This document shows positions 31,001 to 40,464 of a stretch of 64,000 nucleotides of DNA, piece by piece (within the stretch, counting starts at the first letter, position 1; each line of letters begins with the position of its first letter). Position numbers and translations under genes: made by a program. The notes under the pieces are model-generated. The model did not search any database and had not been told where the DNA came from. It was given only the letters and a program-made list of their open reading frames with translations. The stretch is taken from NCBI GenBank assembly GCA_965248755.1, contig OZ252149.1:2016001-2080000 (forward strand), given 5' to 3'. Source of the stretch: Candidatus Latescibacterota bacterium (lineage in GTDB: Bacteria; Latescibacterota; CBDEFO01).

Positions 31001-31390
31001 GTAGATTCGGGGATTGAGACTATTGGTGAGATTGATCTAATTTCTGCTAAATTGAACGAGGGTCTCTTTAGTGTGGTTATATCCCAATTTGAGGGTATTT
31101 CCGATGTTCCTGACAGCTATTCATTGTATCAGAACTATCCCAACCCATTTAACCCTCAGACAGTAATCCATTATGACCTTCCTGTTGGGAGCCAAGTTCA
31201 GCTATCTGTCTTCAATTTAATGGGGCAGAAGGTTGCAACATTGGTGGATGGTTACAGATCAGTCGGTAGCTACTCTGTTGTATGGGATGGCAAGGATGAT
31301 AAGGGAAAGAACGTTGCCAGCGGAGTCTATCTGTATCGGATGGAAACGGATGGATTTGTGAGAACTAGGAAGCTGATATTGATGCGGTGA
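28009..31390 (+). CDS. Large secreted multidomain protein: 7 FG-GAP repeats, IPT/TIG, TolB-like PD40 propeller, cohesin, dockerin-like, cohesin, T9SS/FlgD-type C-terminal domain; one frameshift near 28533
   Basis: ORFs 28009-28545 and 28520-31390 join if one C at 28532/3 is removed (GGTACCATTTGCA versus GGGACATTTGCA in sibling repeats). Motifs include DLDGDGDNDLAVAN, WSPDGTKIAF, GDVSGNG..DAALVL / ADVSGDG..DASLIL and YQNYPNPFNP. Confidence 0.85.
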
Positions 31391-31525
31391 ACCCCGTAGC
31401 TCCGTAATGAAGGAGACTGGTTATCCTGCAAGACCCTGTGTTGGAATCAGATGAAGATGTAGCTGTTCAAATGAGCGCGCATCACTCCGAAGACACGAGA
31501 CATCGGGCAAAATAAGGAGATACTC

Positions 31526-32458
31526 ATGACACGAGAGGAAATGAAATACTACTTCCAGGGGCCGCTTGCCACCGTTCCGACCCCCTTCGACGATCAGTAC
31601 GAGATTGACTACGGTCTGATGTACGAGATGACCCAGTGGTGGGTTGAGCAGGGCTTGGTAGCCGGCAAGTCAGCTATCAAAGTGGCGGCGGCAATGGGCG
31701 AGGGGCCGTCGCTTCGTGACGATGAGTGGCCTTACTTGCTGAGAACCGTCGTCAACGCAGCCAACGGCAAGGCATCTGTCCTCTGCGGCACCCAGCACAA
31801 GGACACAGTGCGGTCGATAGAAGATGCCAGGCGGGCGCAGGATATGGGAGCTATGGGATTGCAGGTTCCACTGCCGGTATTCAATCATCCGACACAGGAC
31901 GATCTGTACCGCCACTACGCTGCGATCTCAGATGCTGTGGACATCGGCATTATGCTCTACAACACCTTCTGGTACGGATGTGAGAGCGTGACCATAGAAA
32001 CACTGCAGCGCATGAAGGAAATTGAGAACCTGGTGGCAATGAAATGGGAAGTTCCGGAGACGATGAATTACGAGGACATGGCGAAGTTCTCCGACCACTA
32101 TAACATAATCTGCGACAGCTGGCGGCCGGTGGACAACCATAAGCTAGGGGGCCGCGGCTACATCGACTGGACGGCTGATGTGCATCCTCCGCACGATCTG
32201 AAGCTCTGGGAACTCCTGGAGTCGAAGCAGTACGATGAGGCGGGTGCGATGTATCAGAGGGTGAAATCTGCGTTGCGTGACTTCGCCCAGAGCTGTACCA
32301 AGTCAGGTGGACAGTCCCGGCTAAAGAAGGCGATGATGAAGATCATGGGGCGTCCGATGGGCGACCCGCGACCGCCCTCGATGCCTCTGAGTGACGATGA
32401 GATGGGAAGACTCCGTGAGATCATGATAGGGTTCGGCTGGCCTGTCCCCCAAAGCTGA
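31526..32458 (+). CDS. Dihydrodipicolinate synthase/N-acetylneuraminate lyase family aldolase (not canonical DapA)
   Basis: TPF, AAMGEG (in place of GTTGE), MLYN and VAMKW (Schiff-base Lys) motifs. Confidence 0.85.
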   Translation: MTREEMKYYFQGPLATVPTPFDDQYEIDYGLMYEMTQWWVEQGLVAGKSAIKVAAAMGEGPSLRDDEWPYLLRTVVNAANGKASVLCGTQHKDTVRSIEDARRAQDMGAMGLQVPLPVFNHPTQDDLYRHYAAISDAVDIGIMLYNTFWYGCESVTIETLQRMKEIENLVAMKWEVPETMNYEDMAKFSDHYNIICDSWRPVDNHKLGGRGYIDWTADVHPPHDLKLWELLESKQYDEAGAMYQRVKSALRDFAQSCTKSGGQSRLKKAMMKIMGRPMGDPRPPSMPLSDDEMGRLREIMIGFGWPVPQS

Positions 32459-32531
32459 GGGCATTGCTCAAACGAAAACCTGACACTGCGGGGAATCCAT
32501 AAAAACGATCTCTGCGGCTATAATTGACAGT

Positions 32532-32586
32532 GCCAGCGAGAACTCCATAAGTCCTGCTGCAAGGAGCCTGTCAATATCTGACTTTG
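32532..32586 (+). repeat. 55-bp duplicated fragment of the glyA 5' coding region
   Basis: 53/55 identical to 34738-34792. Confidence 0.9.
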
Positions 32587-32660
32587 GCGATCCAGTAACA
32601 ACACTGATACATTATCGCTGGTCTCATTAGCCACAGCTACTTGAATGAGGTGGTATTCTC

Positions 32661-34571
32661 ATGAAGCATTTGATTAATACTCTTTTTTTACTGGTTATGC
32701 CTTCAATCACACCACTCCTGGCCCAAGCACAGATATTGCAATTTTCTTCCACGGCCGTACCAGCTGGCAACGGCCCACGCTCGGCAATTTTAATTGACCT
32801 GGATCGCGACGGCAATCGTGATCTGGCCGTTGCAAATATACGTGGTTCAACGATTTTGCTTCTTTCAGGAGATGGCTCCGGCTCTTTTACACCTCAGGGT
32901 AGTATTGCTACCATTCATAAAGCACCGCATGCCATTGCCTCTGGCGACTTTAATGAGGATGGTTTTCTGGATGCAGTCACTGCTAATCGAGATAGCAACA
33001 CGGTTAGCGTGTTTATGGGAGATGGTACAGGTGGCTTCCTCACCCCAACTTTCTTTGCGACCGGGGCAGGACCTCGCTGGATTGCGATTGCTGATTTCAA
33101 TGAAGACATGCACATCGATCTTGCAGTCACCAATCGTGATGACGACAACGTCACCGTTTTGTTGGGCGATGGAGATGGCAATTTTATGAAAGTAGGCGAC
33201 TTTTACACCGGTGATGGCCCGGTGCCAATAGAGGCAGCCGATTTTAATGGTGATGGCTTCATCGACTTAGCGGTTGGCAACGATCTCAGCGATACACTGG
33301 TGGTGCTGGCAGGAGATGGGGCGGGTAGATTTTCTTTAGAATCAGCGATTCCGGTTGGCAAGTCACCCAAGAACATCGCTGTAGGCGATTTGAATCAGGA
33401 TGGCATTTCTGATATCGCTGTAGCTTGTTTACTGGATGGGACGGTAACCGTACTTTTTTCCGATCAGCAGGGAAGTTTTACCGGCTCCTCCTATGCTGCC
33501 GGCGAAGGCTCATTTGCGGTCATCATCGAAGATTTTGATGGCGATGGTAAAAGTGATTTGGCGGTGGCCGATGGCGTCAATGATAACATTGCAGTGCTCT
33601 TGAACAATGGTATGGATAGCTTCGCTGAAGCGCAACTTTTCCCCGTTGGTTTGGCACCACATGCCGTCGTCTCCGGCGACTTCAATGGCGATGGTCGACC
33701 CGATCTTGCCGTTCCCAACACTGGCGATAACACGGTAACGATTCTACTTAACGAAACTCCGGCGCAGGAGTCCGTGCATGTAGTATCGGTAATTCAAAAG
33801 CTCTATTTGGATTTCTTTCCTGATCCTATTATCTCGCCTGCTGGTCAACCTTTGCGGCTTCTGGTCACCACTGATTCTCGTGAACACGTCAATCGTCTGC
33901 GCATTCTACCCTTTATCGATGCGACAGACATTGTGCGCGTAGGTGAAGTCATGACTGTCGAGTTCACGCCGCAAGATGTTGGAACCTACCAAATCCAGAA
34001 CATCGGTCACGGGTTTACGGGGGACATCATAATTGTTGAAGATTCGATTTCAGTCGATGCCAAGAAAATGGAACTGGGTCAGCAGGACGTTTCGCTCATT
34101 CACAGCAACGCACAAACGCAAATTTTCCCTTCTACCATTCGCGTGCTACGAGGTATTCCCCTCACAATTTACAATATCAGCCTTGATGACGAGCATTGGG
34201 TCAGTATTGAGCCTTGGATGACGGCTCCTCTTTCCATCGAACAGGGAAACGTGTTGCCGCGGGCTGTCACAACTTTTGAATTCACACCCACTGATACCGG
34301 GAGTTACGTCATTCAGCATACCATACACGGCTTCACGGGTACACTGATTGTGGAAGATCCCCTTATGACTGATGGTGGTGTCCCTGGCCTTGTCGGAGAT
34401 TTCGACGGAGATAATGAAGTAGGTCTTTCAGATTTTGTCCTTTTTCTGGATGCATTCGGGACGACGACCAGTTCTGCCGATTGGGATCCTACATTTGATT
34501 TGGATGGTAATGAAGAGATCGCTCTGTCCGACTTTGTGATCTTTCTGGATAACTTCGGCAGGACAAGATAG
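32661..34571 (+). CDS. Secreted protein: 7 FG-GAP repeats, two cupredoxin-like domains, C-terminal EF-hand/dockerin-like pair
   Basis: Signal peptide; seven DFNxDG repeats; two FTP...GxYxI...HGFTG units; GDFDGDNEVGLSDF / DLDGNEEIALSDF. Confidence 0.82.
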   Translation: MKHLINTLFLLVMPSITPLLAQAQILQFSSTAVPAGNGPRSAILIDLDRDGNRDLAVANIRGSTILLLSGDGSGSFTPQGSIATIHKAPHAIASGDFNEDGFLDAVTANRDSNTVSVFMGDGTGGFLTPTFFATGAGPRWIAIADFNEDMHIDLAVTNRDDDNVTVLLGDGDGNFMKVGDFYTGDGPVPIEAADFNGDGFIDLAVGNDLSDTLVVLAGDGAGRFSLESAIPVGKSPKNIAVGDLNQDGISDIAVACLLDGTVTVLFSDQQGSFTGSSYAAGEGSFAVIIEDFDGDGKSDLAVADGVNDNIAVLLNNGMDSFAEAQLFPVGLAPHAVVSGDFNGDGRPDLAVPNTGDNTVTILLNETPAQESVHVVSVIQKLYLDFFPDPIISPAGQPLRLLVTTDSREHVNRLRILPFIDATDIVRVGEVMTVEFTPQDVGTYQIQNIGHGFTGDIIIVEDSISVDAKKMELGQQDVSLIHSNAQTQIFPSTIRVLRGIPLTIYNISLDDEHWVSIEPWMTAPLSIEQGNVLPRAVTTFEFTPTDTGSYVIQHTIHGFTGTLIVEDPLMTDGGVPGLVGDFDGDNEVGLSDFVLFLDAFGTTTSSADWDPTFDLDGNEEIALSDFVIFLDNFGRTR

Positions 34572-34656
34572 CTTTACAGTTAGAGGCGGTTGTATTCGTA
34601 GAGACAACGAAGCTGACTTTGATGAGATAGGCTTATTTAAAAAGAGAGAGAAAAAG

Positions 34657-35916
34657 ATGCCTGTTGACATCAGCGACATAGAAAAGATAGTAAAGGATCA
34701 GGACGAATGGCGGGGGAGAAAGACGATAAATCTCATCGCCAGCGAGAACTCCATAAGCCCTGCTGCAAGGAGCTTGTCAATATCTGACTTTGCCCACCGA
34801 TACGCCGAAGGACATCCGGGAGCCCGCTACTATCAGGGCACAAAATATATAGACCAGATCGAATCTGTGGCATCAAAGGAACTTAAAGAACTTCTACACT
34901 GTAAACAGGCCGACGTCAGACCCATAAGCGGAAATCAGGCCAATATTGGAATTTTCTTCACCTTCCTTGGGGGTGGAGACGCCGTCATAGCCAACTCCAC
35001 AGATGCCGGAGGACACATCAGTCACAACAGGATAGGCGGCCTTGGGAGGCGGATTCAAGTCTCCGGGCAGAAGATAACGGATGTCAACCTGCATTTCTTC
35101 CCACTTACAGAGGATGGCTACCACATAGACGTGCCCAAAGCCCTCGACCTGATAGACGAAGTAAATCCGAAACTTTTGGTATTCGGAAGGAGTCTCTTTC
35201 TCTTTCCTGAGCCTGTAGTGGAATTCTTGGACATATCGTCAGAAAAGAGGATACCGATCCTCTACGACGGGGCGCACGTATTCGGGCTGATTGCAGGGGG
35301 GAAATTTCAGGATCCCTTAAAAGAAGGAGCGCACCTTCTAAGCGCCAGCACTCACAAGACCTTTCCCGGCCCCCAGAGGGGCGTGATCACAAGCGACCTC
35401 GACTCAGAAAGCGCATGGTGGAAGAGGGTTGACAGAGGTGTCTTCCCCGGATCGTCCAGTAATCATCATCTCCATACACTTCCCCCTTTAGTCGTGACCA
35501 TACGCGAGATGAAAGCTTTCGGAGCCGACTACGCCGGACAGACAGTATCCAACGCCAAAGCCTTGGCGAAAGCTTTAGATCAAGAAGGCTTCCACGTGGA
35601 GGCAAAAGAGTTCGGCTACACCGAAAGCCATCAGGTCGCCGTGGATGTCTCCCGGCTCGGCGGAGGCAAAATAGTCGCCCAGAAATTGGAGGAGAACGAT
35701 ATTATCTTAAATTACAATCTCCTTTTCGGAGACCCAGATCCCAGAAATCCAAGAGGGTTAAGAATAGGAGTCCAAGAGATGACTCGCTTTGGGATGAAGG
35801 AAGATGAGATGGGAAGAATAGCCAAACTGATCAAGGAGGCGGTAATAGAGGGCAAAGGCGTTAAAGGCGAGGTCAATAGCTTCCGGTCAGATTTTGCCAA
35901 GATATACTACTGCTGA
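34657..35916 (+). CDS. glyA: Serine hydroxymethyltransferase
   Basis: LIASEN, YAEG, GGHISH, DGAHVFGLIAG and STHKTFPGPQRG motifs. Confidence 0.93.
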   Translation: MPVDISDIEKIVKDQDEWRGRKTINLIASENSISPAARSLSISDFAHRYAEGHPGARYYQGTKYIDQIESVASKELKELLHCKQADVRPISGNQANIGIFFTFLGGGDAVIANSTDAGGHISHNRIGGLGRRIQVSGQKITDVNLHFFPLTEDGYHIDVPKALDLIDEVNPKLLVFGRSLFLFPEPVVEFLDISSEKRIPILYDGAHVFGLIAGGKFQDPLKEGAHLLSASTHKTFPGPQRGVITSDLDSESAWWKRVDRGVFPGSSSNHHLHTLPPLVVTIREMKAFGADYAGQTVSNAKALAKALDQEGFHVEAKEFGYTESHQVAVDVSRLGGGKIVAQKLEENDIILNYNLLFGDPDPRNPRGLRIGVQEMTRFGMKEDEMGRIAKLIKEAVIEGKGVKGEVNSFRSDFAKIYYC

Positions 35917-35973
35917 GACAACATACAACAGAAAGTCTCGGGATTCCAAAAAGAGAGTTAGAAATTCCTTTTT

Positions 35974-35998
35974 GGACAGACAAAAATGTCTGTCCTAC
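35974..35998 (-). repeat. REP-like palindrome
   Basis: GGACAGACAAAAATGTCTGTCCTAC, with a GTAG foot on the minus strand. Confidence 0.7.
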
Positions 35999-36060
35999 CA
36001 ACTACATTCTCTTGTGGTGGGTCAGACATTCTGTACTGCTTCCCAGGAAAGCGACACCAA

Positions 36061-36924
36061 TTAAGCAACCTGGGGTAGTAGATAAAATTGTTTTCTCCAC
36101 TCTTTTGGGGTCTTATATCCCAGGGATGAATGAAGCCTGTTCTTGTTGTAATTATCGATCCACTGAGATATGATCTTCTCAGCCTGTTCAAAGGATTCAA
36201 ACTTGTGAAGCCAAACACACTCTTGCTTGAGGGTCCTGAAAAAACGCTCTACAACACCGTTCCAATCGGGTTTACCACTTGGTATGTATTCCTGACGAAT
36301 TCCCCAATATTCGGTACTGGCCAAATAGGCCCGAGCCAAAAAGATGGAACCATTGTCAGAGCGCAAAGTGAGACCCTGGGGGACAGCCTCCTTGGAAGTG
36401 TATCGAGAGATCACGGCCCGATCCAGGGCATCTGTGGCCTCCAGTGCCCTCCCTTTTCGACTAAAACGATACCCAGGAACCTCCCGGCTTCCGTTGTCCA
36501 CCACCGCAATAAGAGGACACCAACCATCTTTTCCACAGTAAATCTTTGTCAAGTCACTCGACCACAAACTGTCGGGACTATCCACCACAGAACGCTTCTG
36601 GGCAACCTGTGGCCCCTTTCTCCCGGGACGATTCCACAGCTTACACTGCCACCCCTTAAGCTTCATTATCCTATGAACCTTCTTAACGTTGACACATTCC
36701 CCTTCCTTGAAACGAAGATGCGCCCAAACCCGCCTGTGACCAAATGCCTCTTCTTGGTCCAGTATCCCTCGAATACGAAAAGCAAGCTCCTCATCTATCA
36801 CAGGCTCTTTAACAGAAGAACTGACACCTCTATCCCTAAACCTATACAGAGTCGAACGATGCAAACCCAAAGCCAAAGCTACCACCTTGCGGGAATAGCC
36901 TCGACCCAAAAACCGCCCACTCAA
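36061..36924 (-). CDS. IS3 transposase OrfB (DDE integrase core)
   Basis: WSSDLT, RSDNGS, NGVVERFFRTLKQE and RLHSSLGYKTP motifs. Confidence 0.93.
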   Translation of the reverse strand: MSGRFLGRGYSRKVVALALGLHRSTLYRFRDRGVSSSVKEPVIDEELAFRIRGILDQEEAFGHRRVWAHLRFKEGECVNVKKVHRIMKLKGWQCKLWNRPGRKGPQVAQKRSVVDSPDSLWSSDLTKIYCGKDGWCPLIAVVDNGSREVPGYRFSRKGRALEATDALDRAVISRYTSKEAVPQGLTLRSDNGSIFLARAYLASTEYWGIRQEYIPSGKPDWNGVVERFFRTLKQECVWLHKFESFEQAEKIISQWIDNYNKNRLHSSLGYKTPKEWRKQFYLLPQVA

Positions 36925-37250
36925 GGCAACCGCTTCGTTTTTTTTAGACGGGCTACCTCTTCGAGTATCTCCAACTGGAGCGTCAACTGCCCTACCTTGC
37001 GCTCCAACCGGCTAACCTCTCGCTCCTTCGGATCCTTGCGACCACGCCGAGACTTCAGACTCTCCTGGCCCCCTTCTAAGAAACTATCACGCCAAGCATA
37101 CGCCTGCGACTGGCTAATTCCATTCTTACGACACACCTCAGATAGATCTGCTCCTCTCAAAAGAGCCAACACAATCTCTCCCTTACGGGTCGCCGTCCAG
37201 CGCTTACCATCTTTCACTTCGGGGCTCGACACCTTGACCTCCCTTCTCAA
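36921..37250 (-). CDS. IS3 transposase OrfA (HTH), with an A8 slippery run at 36938-36945
   Basis: RWTATRKGEIV..VCRKNGISQSQAYAWRDSF; a -1 shift at CTAAAAAAAAC enters the OrfB frame. Confidence 0.88.
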   Translation of the reverse strand: MRREVKVSSPEVKDGKRWTATRKGEIVLALLRGADLSEVCRKNGISQSQAYAWRDSFLEGGQESLKSRRGRKDPKEREVSRLERKVGQLTLQLEILEEVARLKKTKRLP

Positions 37251-37314
37251 ACCCCAATTTGCGAAATATTTGTCGCTCTGTCAAGGGGAGCGGTATGATT
37301 CCTGTCTGACACCT

Positions 37315-37836
37315 CTACTTAAGTGTGCAAATATAAGGCAAATTTCTGTACTTCTGAGCGTAGTCGAGACCGTATCCGACCACGAACTTATCGGGGATCT
37401 CAAAACCTCTGTAGTCTATCTGCACCTCCTTTATCCTTCGGGAGGGCTTGTCCAAAAGTGCACAGACCTTGACGCACTTTGGTCTTCGGGAGCTGATGTT
37501 CCTGATGAGATAGCTTAAAGTAAGGCCGGTATCAACTATGTCCTCAACTATGAGAACATGTCTGCCTTCGACCGCCTCGTCCAGATCCTTTACCAGACGA
37601 ACTTCGCCTGAAGTCTCAGCGGAGCTTCCGTAGCTCGATATACTTATGTAGTCTAATTCTAAAGGGATCGAGATGGAGCGCGCAAGATCGGACATAAAGA
37701 CAGTCGCTCCCTTTAAGACGCCGATAAGGAGGGGATATTTACCCTCATAGTCACGCGAAATCGCCTCTCCGAGTTGGAGAACTTTATCTTGAATATCTTT
37801 CTGGGAGATGAGAATTTTGTCTATATCGTCAAACAT
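37315..37836 (-). CDS. hpt: Hypoxanthine phosphoribosyltransferase
   Basis: VLKGA, SSYG, VLIVEDIVDTGLTL and FVVGYGLDYAQKYRNLPYI motifs. Confidence 0.96.
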   Translation of the reverse strand: MFDDIDKILISQKDIQDKVLQLGEAISRDYEGKYPLLIGVLKGATVFMSDLARSISIPLELDYISISSYGSSAETSGEVRLVKDLDEAVEGRHVLIVEDIVDTGLTLSYLIRNISSRRPKCVKVCALLDKPSRRIKEVQIDYRGFEIPDKFVVGYGLDYAQKYRNLPYICTLK

Positions 37837-37845
37837 AAGGAGAGA

Positions 37846-38033
37846 GTAGGGGCGAACTCATGTGTTCGCCCAATTATCCATATTTTTCAGGTCTCCACAG
37901 TCATTGTAAGGGGGTTCACCCCGGATCCTCGATAGATTCAATCGGGGACTCGCCTTTTGACTCCCCCCTCCGAGGTTGCTTCGCTTCGCTCGCAATGACA
38001 AACGGCAGGGCGGACACACAGGTCTGCCCGTAC
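37846..38033. repeat. Composite repeat cluster: GTAG-REPs, a GTCATTG../..GCAATGAC pair and one 23-bp palindrome (37926-37948)
   Basis: GTAGGGGCGAACTCATGTGTTCGCCC; GCTTCGCTTCGCTCGCAATGAC; GGGCGGACACACAGGTCTGCCCGTAC. Confidence 0.8.
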
Positions 38034-38096
38034 CACCTCAGAGTATATCGTTCTGTGGGAACGTTGTCAAGCGGATAATGGAGATCAAGTTACACT

Positions 38097-39197
38097 ATGA
38101 AGATTGATGCAGCCGAACTTGTATGGCTTAAGATGCCTCTAAAACATAACTTCGAGACCAGTTGGGGCAGGTACGACTCCACAGAACACCTGCTGGTGAA
38201 GCTGTTCTCTGGGAACCTCGTCGGCTACGGAGAGTGCGCCACATACGCCGATCCCTCCCACTACTTCGAGAGTTCATTTGTATGCTGGCACATATTGGAG
38301 ACTTACATACTCCCAGAACTTGTCGGCGCAGATATGGACGGGATCGAGGAGCTGCAGAGAATCTACAGTAACATCGCCTCGTACAAGATTGCAAAGACCG
38401 GGACAGAAGAGGCGCTCTGGCATCTTCTGTCGTTGAAGGAGGGAAAGCCCCTATATCAGCTTTTAGGCGGAACAAAAAGATCAATCGAATCGGGCGCCAG
38501 TATTGGGATACAGGATTCCATATTCCAGCTTATTGAGAGGATAGATAAATTTCACTCACAGGGCTACAAGCGCATAAAGGTCAAGATAAAGCCGGGCTGG
38601 GACGTTCAGATTATAAAAGAGATACGAAAGACCTTCGGCGACATTCCCCTTACAGTGGACGCCAACTGTGCATACAGCCCCGATCAGATCGATATTTTGA
38701 AGGAATTGGACAGATACCACCTAATGATGATAGAACAGCCCTTCCGGGAGGACGACCTCTACAATCACGCCCGACTTCAGAGCCAGATTTCCACCCCTGT
38801 TTGTCTGGACGAAGGGATACGCTCTGCCGAGGACGCCCTTCAGGCTATCAGATTCGGCAGTTGTATGGTGATAAATATCAAACCTGCAAGGGTAGGCGGA
38901 CTGTGGGAGAGCAAAAGACTGCACGATGTCTGCCAGGGCGAGGGAGTTCCGGTGTGGTGCGGAGGAAAGCTTGAGACCGGAATCGGACGGGCTCACAACA
39001 TAGCTCTATCGTCCCTGCCGAATTTCTCGCTGCCCGGAGACATCTCAGGCAGTGACAGGTACTACGATGAGGAGATAGTCGATCCGCCGATTGTATGCGT
39101 CAAAGGTCAAATAGAAGTTCCCCAGATACCCGGCTTAGGATTTGAGGTAAACGACGAGAGGATAGAAAAATACACTGTCAAGGGGGCTAAATTTTAG
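38097..39197 (+). CDS. menC: o-succinylbenzoate synthase / N-succinylamino acid racemase (enolase superfamily)
   Basis: FETSWG, RIKVKIKPG, VDAN, IEQP, CLDE, NIKPARVGG and PGDISGSDRYY motifs. Confidence 0.88.
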   Translation: MKIDAAELVWLKMPLKHNFETSWGRYDSTEHLLVKLFSGNLVGYGECATYADPSHYFESSFVCWHILETYILPELVGADMDGIEELQRIYSNIASYKIAKTGTEEALWHLLSLKEGKPLYQLLGGTKRSIESGASIGIQDSIFQLIERIDKFHSQGYKRIKVKIKPGWDVQIIKEIRKTFGDIPLTVDANCAYSPDQIDILKELDRYHLMMIEQPFREDDLYNHARLQSQISTPVCLDEGIRSAEDALQAIRFGSCMVINIKPARVGGLWESKRLHDVCQGEGVPVWCGGKLETGIGRAHNIALSSLPNFSLPGDISGSDRYYDEEIVDPPIVCVKGQIEVPQIPGLGFEVNDERIEKYTVKGAKF

Positions 39198-39217
39198 ACT
39201 CCAAGGAGGTTCAACAG

Positions 39218-40435
39218 TTGAATCTGGATTTGACACATAGAACGGACGACCTCAAGAGCGACGAGCTCTCCATCATCGGATATATAGATAACAAGAAAGA
39301 CGAGATAGTATCGCTGCTAAAAGAAACGGTGAACATCAACAGCAGCTCTGATAACTTCGATGGCATAGCCAAAGTGGGAGAACTCTTCATTCCCCACCTT
39401 GAGGAGATGGGATTTTCCGTTCAGATTATAGAGTCCCCAAACGCCGCCAGACACATCGTAGCTAAATCCTCCTCTGACAACTCTCCCAGGATCTTGCTCA
39501 TGGCTCATCTGGATACTGTATATTCTAAGAAGAGCCCTTTTCAGAGATTCCAGAGGAAGGGCGACATCGCAACAGGTCCCGGAGTAGTGGACGACAAGGG
39601 TTCCGCAGTCGTTATGTTGTACGCCCTCAAGGCGTTGAAATCCTTCGGCGACCTGGACAATGCCGATATTTCCGTTATCCTCAACGGAGATGAGGAGATA
39701 GGTTCTGGATCGTCCAGAGAGATAATAGAAAGTGAGGCAAAAGAAAGGGATATCTGTCTGGCCTTTGAACCTGCCAGAAAATCTGGAGCCATAGTTAAAG
39801 AGAGAAAAGGCGGAGGGCGTGTAAAGATAACTGTCCGTGGGAAATCGGCACATTCGGGCATAAACCCCGAGGACGGGATAAGCGCAATCGAAGAGATCTC
39901 CCACAAAATCATCCGGATTCAAAGGATAACCGACTACGATAAACGTCTGACAGTCAGCGTCGGAAAGATAGAAGGGGGTTCAAAGGTGAACATCATCCCC
40001 GACGGAGCCACTGCCGAAGTGGATGTCCGCTTTATCGATGTAGAGGATGGAGAGGAAGCTTTAAAAAGGATAAGAAAGATCGTCGAATACTCATATGTCC
40101 AGGGCACTAAGTCGGATTTTGACGGAGGAATAACCAGACCGTCGATGCGCGAGACGGAAGATACAGCCAAACTCGTGGACTTCTGGATTGGAATCGGAAA
40201 GCTATTGAAAGAGGAGATAACCGCCGAATCCACAGGAGGAGGAGGCGACGCCAACTTTACCTCTGCACTGGGAGTGCCGACTATTGACGGCCTGGGTCCT
40301 GTAGGCGGAGATATGCACACCTTCGATGAGTACATAGAGCTTTCGACGCTCTATGAGCGCACAAAAGTAGCCGCAATAGCTATAAGAAGCCTACTTAGGG
40401 GAGGAGAAAATGTGTCCCTGTCTATCCCCGATTGA
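39218..40435 (+). CDS. M20 family metallopeptidase (carboxypeptidase G2/deacylase-like)
   Basis: AHLDTV, GPGVVDDKG, DEEIGS, FEP, GGGDAN and DGLGP..H motifs. Confidence 0.9.
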   Translation: MNLDLTHRTDDLKSDELSIIGYIDNKKDEIVSLLKETVNINSSSDNFDGIAKVGELFIPHLEEMGFSVQIIESPNAARHIVAKSSSDNSPRILLMAHLDTVYSKKSPFQRFQRKGDIATGPGVVDDKGSAVVMLYALKALKSFGDLDNADISVILNGDEEIGSGSSREIIESEAKERDICLAFEPARKSGAIVKERKGGGRVKITVRGKSAHSGINPEDGISAIEEISHKIIRIQRITDYDKRLTVSVGKIEGGSKVNIIPDGATAEVDVRFIDVEDGEEALKRIRKIVEYSYVQGTKSDFDGGITRPSMRETEDTAKLVDFWIGIGKLLKEEITAESTGGGGDANFTSALGVPTIDGLGPVGGDMHTFDEYIELSTLYERTKVAAIAIRSLLRGGENVSLSIPD

Positions 40436-40464
40436 ATCTATCGGGGGGGAGTGGGGACTACTTC

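Larger units (their letters stand above)
36032..37297 (-). mobile_element. IS3-family insertion sequence, 1266 bp, ATTC target duplication
   Basis: Imperfect terminal IRs (TGTACTGCTTCCC..AAAGCGACA / TGTCGCTCT..GGGGAGCGGTATG); ATTC at 36028-36031 and 37298-37301; orfA and orfB present. Confidence 0.92.

Noticed and set aside
36130..37518. 462-aa plus-strand ORF
   Set aside because: Antisense shadow of IS3 orfAB and hpt. It crosses the IS boundary and has no recognisable motifs.
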